A stretch of DNA of 32,048 bases. Source: Callorhinchus milii. Taxonomy: Eukaryota. Below, piece after piece: positions 20,581-32,048 of this stretch; position 1 is the stretch's first letter; every line of letters begins with the position of its first letter. The notes below the pieces were generated by a model that saw only the letters and a program-made list of their open reading frames with translations, searched no databases and was not told the origin of the DNA. The translations under genes were made by a program, and so were the position numbers. Location: positions 1 through 32,048 of the forward strand of contig NW_024705606.1 in assembly GCF_018977255.1 (NCBI RefSeq), written 5' to 3'.

Positions 20581-20746
20581 TACATAGAATTACATAGAAG
20601 AAACAGGCCATTCGGCCCAACTGGTCTATGCCGGTGTTTATGCTCCACATGAGCCTCAACTGGGCCCTTCCTCAACTAAGCCTTCAAGCATAACCTTCTA
20701 ATCCTTTCTCCCTCATGTACCTCTCTAGTTTTCCCTTAAATACATA
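20581..20746 (-). mobile_element. Older CR1-type LINE, 3' terminal part (tail and 3'UTR)
   Basis: TACATAGAATTACATAGAA is a reverse-complemented CR1-type (TTCTATGT)n tail. It is followed by GAAACAGGCCATTCGGCCCA, typical of CR1 3' ends. The element continues at 24759. Confidence 0.8.
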
Positions 20747-20840
20747 GAAACATAGAACTCGTTCTGGCCTCAGCACAGAAAGAGGCTATTCCGCCTCTTT
20801 CTGTGCCGCGTCTGTCCCGGCTCCTAAAAGAGCTTCCAAC

Positions 20841-23140
20841 TCATTCCCACTGGCCTGCTTTCTCTCCATAGCCCTGGAATCCTGTCCTCCCCAAATACCC
20901 ATCTACTTCTCTCTTAAAAGTTGTTATTGAATCGGTTTCCACTGCCATTTCAGGTAATGGATTCCAGATCGTAACTTCCTGTCTGTTTCTTTTAACAACT
21001 ATCTTAAATTGGTGTCCTCGGGTTACTGACCCACATGACAGTGGAAGCAATTTTTCCTGATTCAACCTCTCAAATCCTCTCATGATTTTGAAAACTTCCA
21101 TTAAATCTCCTCTTAATCTTCCCTGCTCCAGGGAGAATAATCCTAGTTTCACTAACCTCTCCTCATAACTAAGGTCTTTCATTCCTGGTACCATCTTTCT
21201 AAACCTCCTTTGCACCCTCGCCAATCTCTTAACATCTTTTCTAAAGTGCAGTGCCCAAAACTGAACGCAGTCTCCAACAGAGGCCTAACCAGAATTTTAT
21301 ATTCAACATAACCTCCAGACTTTTGAATTCTATGCCCCTATTTATAAAATATAGTATTTTTCAACAGCTTTATTACCTGTCCTGCCAACTTCAGAGATTT
21401 GCTTATGTGGACCCCCAGGTCTCTCTGTTCCTTCACCCCCTTTAAGATTGTACCATCAGCCTATATTGCCTCTCCCCATTCTTCCTACCAAAATGCAACA
21501 CTTCACATTTCTCCACATTAAATCTCATCTGACAATGTTTCTGCCCATTTTACTAATCTGTCTAAGTCCTCTTTGAGTCTGGTGCTGTCCTCCTCACCAT
21601 TAACTACCTTTCTGAGCTTAGTATCGTCTGCAAATTTGGAAATTGTGCTCTCTATATCCAGGTCCAGATCATTAATATAGATCAGAAAGACCATTGGTCC
21701 CAATACCAACCCCTGAGGGACACCACTACACACCTCCCTCCAGTCAGAAAAGCAACTGCTTACTACCACTCTCTGCTTTCTGTCTCCGAGCCACTTCTGG
21801 ATCCATGTTGCCACTGTCCGTTTATACCGTGGGCTTCTATTTTGTTTATAAGTCTCTCATGTGGCACTTTGTCAAATGCCTTTTGAAAGTCTAGATAAAT
21901 TATGTCTTCTGCACTACCTTCTTCCACCCTTTCAGTCACTTCATAAAAAAATTCTATTAGGTTTGTCAGACACGATCTGCCTTTAACAAATCCGTGTTGA
22001 CTGTCCTTTATTAAACCATATTTTTCTAAGTGAGAATTTATATTGTCCCGGATTATAGTCTCCAGAAGTTTCCCTATTGTTGATGTTAGGCTGATTAGGA
22101 CGTCCTCCCGACATGAAAGGCGCTTTATAAATGGAATCTTGTTGTTGTTGTTGTTGATTGGCTGTAGATCTCAGGTTTGTCCTTCTGCCCCTTTTTGTAC
22201 AGGGGAGTAACATTTGCAACCTTCCAGTCCTCTGGCATCACTCCAGTGTGCAAAGAGGATTGAAAGATTGTGGCCAGAGCCTCCACTATTTCCACCCTTG
22301 CTTCCCGCAGTAACCTCAGATGCATCCCGTCCGGACCGGGTGACTTATCTAGAGCACCGACAGCCTTTTTAGTACCTCCTCTCTGTTGATTTTTATCATG
22401 TCCAATTTCTATTCATGCACCTGTGATATTGGGGCATTGGTTGCATCGTCTTCTTTTGTGAAGACAGTTGCAAAGTTTTTGTTTAGTGCATCAACCCTGC
22501 CCTCTACCTCAACAAGGTCTCCACTTGGGTCCCTAATTGGCCCCAACCTACATTTGAGTAATCTTTTACTCTTGATATGCTTATAAAATACCTTCGGGTT
22601 CCCTTTTATGTTTCCTGCTAATCTTTTCTCGTACAATCATTTCGCTCTTCTTATTTTCATTTTCACTTCCCCTCTGTACCTCCCATATTCTATTTGATTA
22701 TCCTGAAATCCCCCATTATCGCTACTCTATTGGTTTTGCATCTCTCCGAAATCTGCTTGCAGATTTGCTCATCTATCTCCTTCCCACTATTTAGAGGTCT
22801 ATAGTAAATACGTAACAGAGTAGCAGCTCCTTTTCTGCTCTGTAGCTCTCACCAAATAGATTCAGGTTTCGCACCCTCTAACACATTGTCCTTTTCCAGG
22901 ACCGTGACCATGTCCCTAATGAGTATTGCCATCCACTCCTGGTTTCCCTTCCCTATTCCTCCTGAATAGGTTGTAGCCAGGAATATTCAGCTCCCATTCC
23001 TGTCCTTGCTCGAGCCAAGTCTCTGTAATTGCCACTACACATAGCCCCATGTGGCACCTTGAGCCTGAGGCTCACTAAGCTTATTGGTAACACTCCGTGC
23101 ATTTACACACATGCACTCCAAAACCGGTTTAATCCGCTCT
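20841..23140 (-). pseudogene. Disrupted CR1 ORF2 (endonuclease/reverse transcriptase)
   Basis: Motif-bearing pieces lie in several frames (ORFs 22409-22636, 22125-22325, 21518-21814, 20841-21224), with stops and frameshifts and an apparent internal deletion near 22700. Confidence 0.88.
22097..22154 (+). mobile_element. 58-nt extreme 3' tail of the same SINE/L2-type family, inserted in CR1 ORF2
   Basis: AGGACGTCCTCCCGACATGAAAGGCGCTTTATAAATGGAATC(TTG)n, flanked by TGATT at 22092-22096 and 22155-22159. Confidence 0.85.
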
Positions 23141-23269
23141 ATATTTCTCCCCTGTCTCTTTCCACTTTTTGCTGGACTATTCCTTGTTTCATTTCCATTT
23201 GTCTCTCCTCATCCACTCTTGTTTCCCCTCCCTGATGCTACATTCTGATCCCCAACCCCCTCGAAATCA

Positions 23270-24000
23270 GTTTAACTGCTTCCCCACAGCATTTGATATT
23301 GGTCCGAGCCCTGCTCAGGTGTAACCCATCCCTCGTGTACAGGTCCCAACTGCCCCAGAAGTGATCCCAGTGGTTCAGAAACCTGAAGCCCTCCTTTCTG
23401 CACCATTTCTCCAGCCAGGCATTCATGTGTTTGATCCTCCCGGTCTGGCATTCACTTGCATAAGGCATTGGGAGTGATCTCGAGATCACCACCTCTGATG
23501 TCCTGCTCTTTAGCTTCTTCCAAAGCTTCTAATATTCTCCCTGTGAGGTCTCAGCCCTTTTATCACCTACATCATGGATCCCGACATGGACCACAACTTC
23601 CGGATTTTCCCTTTCCCCCTGTAGTATATTTTGCAGTGTTTTTGGACGTCCTCCTGACGTGAAAGTCGCTCTATATGTGCAATTTTGTTCTTGTTGTTGT
23701 TGCACACGTTCCATGACGTCCTGCATCCTGACCCCAGGGAGGCAGCACACGAGGCGTGAATCTTGTCTTTTATGGCAGAAACGCCTTTAACTGTTGTATC
23801 CCCGATAACAACAGCATTGGCATTTTTCCCCTTATCTCCCTGAACATCCATTACCTTTGACTCTTCTTGCCAGAGGCGTCCTCACCGGTATCCAATACCG
23901 AGAATCGGTTTGGACGCACTCTTAGGAGATCTCTGTACTGTCTGTTCTGTTTTGCTCTACTTCGGATGGTCACTCACTCTTTTTCTGAGTTTTCTGTGCA
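23270..24000 (-). pseudogene. Disrupted CR1 ORF1, SGNH/GDSL esterase-like region
   Basis: NRFSVLDT, AVVIGDTTVKG, CCLPGVRMQDVMERVQ, PEVVVHVGIHDVG, MNAWLEKWCRKEGFRFLNHWDHFWG and DGLHL, spread over several frames. Confidence 0.85.
23636..23699 (+). mobile_element. 64-nt extreme 3' tail of the same SINE/L2-type family, inserted in CR1 ORF1
   Basis: GGACGTCCTCCTGACGTGAAAGTCGCTCTATATGTGCAA...(TTG)n, flanked by TTGCA at 23631-23635 and 23700-23704. Removing it restores MERVQNILQGE. Confidence 0.87.
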
Positions 24001-24645
24001 GCTGTGGTGCCCACCTCCTACACTCCCTGTGGCTGTGGGGTGCCCACCTCCTGAACTCCCTGTGGCTGTGGGGTGCCCACCTCCTGAACTCCCTGTGGCT
24101 GTGGGTGCCCACCTCCTGAACTCCCTGTGGCTGTGGGTGCCCACCTCCTGAACTCCCTGTGGCTGTGGGGTGCCCACCTCCTAAACTCCCTGTGGCTGTG
24201 GGGTGCCCACCTCCTGAACTCCCTATAGCTGTGGGATGCCCAACTCCTGAACTCCCTGTGGCTGTGGGTGCCCACCTCCTGAACTCTCTGTGGCTGTGGG
24301 ATGCCCACCTCCTGAACTCTCTGTGGCTGTGGGATGCCCAACTCCTGAACTCCCTGTGGCTGTGGGTGCCCACCTCCTGAACTCTCTGTGGCTGTGGGAT
24401 GCCCACCTCCTGAACTCTCTGTGGCTGTGGGGTGCCCATGTCCTGAACTCTCTGTGGCTGTGGGGTGACCACGTCCTGAACTCTCTGTGGCTGTGGGGTG
24501 ACCACCTCCTGAACTCTCTGTGGGGTGACCACCTCCTGAACTCTCTGTGGGGTGACCACCTCCTGAACTCTCTGTGGCTGTGGGGTGACCACCTCCTGAA
24601 CTCTCTGTGGCTGTGGGGTGCCCACCTCCTGAACTCTCTGTGGCT
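24001..24645. repeat. 33-bp minisatellite (CTCYCTGTGGCTGTGGGGTGCCCACCTCCTGAA), ~20 copies, inside the CR1
   Basis: Regular 33-bp units with 32-bp and 27-bp variants. Confidence 0.95.
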
Positions 24646-24758
24646 AACAAGTTCTCACCTGCACCGAATTCCCCCTCTCATCTAATGCTCAAACAGAATT
24701 CTCACTCTGTTCCTCCTCACTCTGTTGCCCCTCAACACTCCTGGGCTCTCTGCTCTTC

Positions 24759-25297
24759 ACATATATGCTATTTGCCTCCACATTCCCATTACTCTCTGTG
24801 TGAAGAAATTTCTTCTAACTTCCATATTTGATCTATTTGTGAATATTTTATATTGATGGCCCTGGTTTTGGTTTCCCCCACAAGTGGAAACATCTTCCCT
24901 ATGTTGACCCTATCCAAACATTTCATCATTTTAAAGATCTCTATCAGGTCACCCCTCACCCTCCTCTTTTCAAGAGAAGAGTCTAAGTATGTTCAGCCTT
25001 TCCTGATACGTATAACCTCTCAGTTCTGGGATCATCCTTGTGAATCTCCTTTGCACCCTCACCAGTGCCTCTACATCCCTTCTATAATGTGGGGATCAGA
25101 ACTGCACACAGTATCCAAGTGTGGTCTAACCAACGTTCTACAGAAGTTTACCAGAGCTTCCCTGCTTTTCAATTCTATCCCTCTAGAACCCAATGCCTTT
25201 TTATGGCCTTATTAATCTGCGTTGTTACCTTTAGTGAATTGTGTATGTGTACCCCTGTGTCCCTTTGCTCCCCTACCCCATTTATGGTATTATTTTC
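24759..25297 (-). mobile_element. Older CR1-type LINE, 5'-truncated remainder (ORF2 C-terminal region)
   Basis: The minus strand encodes CR1-like RVRGDLIEIFKMMKCLDRV, a second diverged copy of the region seen at 20900-21450. It joins seamlessly to 20581-20746. Confidence 0.85.
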
Positions 25298-25328
25298 CCC
25301 TCCTCATGTCTGTTCCTTGTGTTGACAG

Positions 25329-28748
<3,420 letters not shown>

Positions 28749-31700
28749 TTTCACATACACTCTCACGCTCTCACACTCTCACACACAATCTCACACTCTC
28801 TCAAACACTCTCTCACACTCACTCACACTCTCACACTTTCTCTCACACTCTGACACACTCTCACAATCACACACTCTCACACTGTCTCACACTCTCACAC
28901 TCACTCTCACACTCTCACACATTCTCACACTCACACTCACTCACACTCACACACTCTCACACTGTCTCACACTCTCTCACACTCACACTCTCACACTGTC
29001 TCACACTCTCATACTCACACACTCTCACACTGTCTCACACTCTCTCTCACATTCTCACTCACTCTCACACTGTCTCACACATTCTCTCACACTCTGTCAC
29101 ACTCACTCTCACACTCTCACACTCACACTCACACACACTCTCACACTCTCTCTCACACTCTCACACACACTGTCACACTCTTTCACACTTTCACACTCAC
29201 ACTTACACACTCTCACAATCTCTCACACACACACACACACTCTCACACACATTCTCACACTCTGACACACTCTCACTCTCTCTCACACTCTCACACACAC
29301 ACTCTCTCACACTCACACACTCTCACACTGTCTCACACTCTTTCATACACTCTCATGCTCTCACACTTTCACACACTCACACTCTCTCACACTCTCTCAC
29401 ACTCTCTTACACACTCACTTACACACTCTCACACACAATCTCACACTCACTCTCACACATATTCTCACACTCACACATTCTCACTCTGACACACACTCTC
29501 ATATTCTCACACACTCTCTCACACTCACACACACTCTCTCATACTCTCTCACACTCACACACATGCTCACACTGTCTCACACTCTCTCACACTCACTCAC
29601 TCACAAAGTCTCACACACTCTCACATTCTCACACTCTCACACTCTCACACTCACACTCTCACACTCACACTCTCACACTCTCTCACACTCTCACACTCTC
29701 ATGCACTCACACTCTGTCACACTCTCACACACTCACACACTCTCACACTCACACGCGCACACTCACACACACTCTGACACATTCACACACTCTCACACAC
29801 ACTCACTCAAACAGTTTTACACTCTCTCACACGCTCACACTCTCACACTTTCTCACACACTCACACACTCACACACTGTCACATTCTCTCACACTCTCAC
29901 ACACTCTCACACATTCATACTCTCTCTCACACTCACACACACTCTCACTCACTCTCACACTCTCACAATCTCTCATATACTCTCACACTCTGACACACTC
30001 ACATCTCTCACACACTCTCACACACCCTCTCACACACACTCACACTCTTTCTCACTCGTACACTCACACACTATCTCTCTCACACACATTCTCACACTCA
30101 CACATTCTCACACACATTCTCACACTCTGACAAACACTCATACTCTCACACACTCTCACACTCTCACACTGTCTCACACTCTCTTTCACACTATCTCACA
30201 CACGCACACATGCTCACACTGTCTCACACTCTCATACTCACCCACTCTCACACTGTCTCACACTCTCTCTCACATTCTCACTCACTCTCACACTGTCTCA
30301 CACACTCTCTCACATACTCTCACACTCTCACACTCACTCTCACACTCTCACAATCTCTCACATACTCTCTCACTCTTTCACATACTCTCTCACTCTCTCT
30401 CACACTCTCACACACTCTCACATTCACACACACTCACACACTCTCTGTCACAATCTCACACTCTCACAAACTCACACTTTCTCACACACTCTCACACACT
30501 CATACTCTGTCTCACACTCACACACTCACACTCACTCTCACAATCTCTCACATACTCTCACACTTTCACATACTCTCTCACTCTCTCACACTCTCTCACA
30601 CACGCTCACACTGTCTCACACTCTCTCTCACACTCACACACTCATACTCTCTCATACTCTCACACTCTCATACACATTCTCACACTCACTTTCACATTCT
30701 CATAATCTATCACATACTCTCACTCTTTCACATATTCTGTCACTCTCACACACTCTCACACACTCTCTCACACATACTCACACGCTCACACACACTCTCT
30801 CACACACACAGACTCTCACACTCTCTCACTCAATCACACACACACTCTCTTTCTCACTTTCACACATTCTCTCTCACACTCTCACTCTCACACACACTCT
30901 CACACATTCTCACACTCTGACACACTCACTCTCTCAACACTCTCACACACACACACACTCACACACACACACTCACACTCACACACTCACATTCTCACAC
31001 TGTCTCACTCTCTTACACTCTCACACACACTCACACACGATCACACTCTCACACTCTTTCACACTCTCTCACATTCTCACACTCTCACACTTACACACTC
31101 ACACACAATCTCACACTCACACACACTAACACTTTCTCACACACTCTCACACTCTCACACTCTCACACATTCTCTCACTCTCTCACACTCTCACACTCAC
31201 TCTCACACTCACAATCTCTCACATACTCTCACTCTTTCACATACTCTATCACTCTCACACACTCTCACACTCACACACATTCTGACACGCTCACACTCTC
31301 ACATCCACTCACACACACACACTCACTCTCACACTCTCTCACACTCTCACAATCTCTCACATACTCTCTCTCACTCATTCACATACTCTATCACTCTCTC
31401 TCACACTCAGACACTCACACTCTCACACTCTCTCTGTCATACTCTCTCTCACACTCACACACACTCTCACACTCTCACACTCTCTCACATTCTCACACTC
31501 ACTCTCACAATCTCACATACTCTCACTCTTTCACATGTCACTTTCACACTCACACACTCTCACACATACTCACACTCTCACACTCTCTCTCACACTCACA
31601 CTCTCACACACTCTCTACCTCACACACTTTCACTCTCTCTTACACTCTTTCACACACTCTCACACACATTCTCACACCCTCACACTCACACTCTCAAACA

Positions 31701-32048
31701 CACACACACACACTCTCACACTCTCACACTGTTTCACACACTATCTCACACACTCACACACTCTCATATTCTCACACTCTCTCTCACACTCACACACTGT
31801 CTCACACTCTCACGCATTCACTCACACAATCTCTCACACTCTCTCCCTCACACTCACACACACTCTCTCACACACTCACACACACTCACACACTCTGACT
31901 CTCATATTCACACACACTCTGACATGCTCCCACACTTTCACAAACACTCACTCTCTCACACACTCTCACACTCACACAAATTTTCACACAGTGACACACT
32001 TTCTCACACGCTCACTCTCTCACACTCTCACGCTGACTCTCACACTCA
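28749..32048. repeat. Degenerate CA/CT microsatellite (CTCACA / CTCTCACA), G-depleted, runs off the window
   Basis: Continuous mix of CA and CT dinucleotides with variants such as CTGTCTCACA and ATTCTCACA. Confidence 0.97.

Larger units (their letters stand above)
20747..24758 (-). mobile_element. Near full-length decayed CR1-type LINE (ORF1 esterase-like, ORF2 APE endonuclease and RT) nested in the older CR1
   Basis: Tail ACATAGAAACATAGAA. ORF2 fragments: ...GYGEKAGQWE*, SGVPQGLVLGP...YINDLD...KFADDTKL, PEDWKVANVTPLYKKG, IKGNPKVFYKHI and an N-terminal NARS/ITETWL. ORF1 fragments: VVIGDT, CCLPG, VVVHVG, DGLHL. Flanked by ACATA at 20742-20746 and 24759-24763. Confidence 0.93.

Noticed and set aside
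24001..24645. CRISPR-like regular 33-bp repeats
   Set aside because: There are no unique spacers and no cas genes, the context is eukaryotic, and the array lies inside a LINE.
20747..24758. Active LINE
   Set aside because: Both ORFs carry frameshifts, stops, insertions and deletions.
29563..30920. His/Ser/Thr/Leu-rich ORFs
   Set aside because: They are translations of a CA/CT microsatellite.

Overview
Vertebrate genomic DNA, most likely from a cartilaginous fish, judging by the CR1-type LINEs and DeuSINE/L2-type tails. It is not prokaryotic, and most long ORFs in the track are artefacts of stop-poor tandem repeats. The window holds the 5' part of a + strand myosin-binding protein C (MyBP-C) family gene. 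Six small coding exons (1157-1181, 18135-18185, 19169-19285, 19900-20048, 20265-20382, 25329-25377; 509 nt) splice in frame to MPEPARNP-EQGQELPAPNSTPAAEA-VPDV...LFLEKPQSATMNV-GEDITF...[14 protein letters not shown]...YDRNSK-IFTFEMQII...YRC...[23 protein letters not shown]. This is a short Pro/Ala N-terminus, the Ig domain C1 and the start of the M-motif, with no cardiac C0 domain. The gene continues beyond the window. Nearly every intron is filled by its own tandem repeat: a ~15 kb 20-bp G-rich satellite, C-rich, 30-bp, ~23-bp, 9-bp and CTCACA-type arrays, plus a 26-bp array upstream of the ATG. Intron 5 is a nest of retroelements: a ~4 kb decayed CR1 inserted into an older CR1, itself carrying two tiny SINE/LINE-tail insertions and a 33-bp minisatellite grown out of ORF1. 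I see no clear new biological system. The best leads are the paralogue identity, a possible repeat-encoded N-terminal extension, a dual-frame splice path and decoy splice-site arrays. Comparisons to known proteins and elements are from memory and need alignment.
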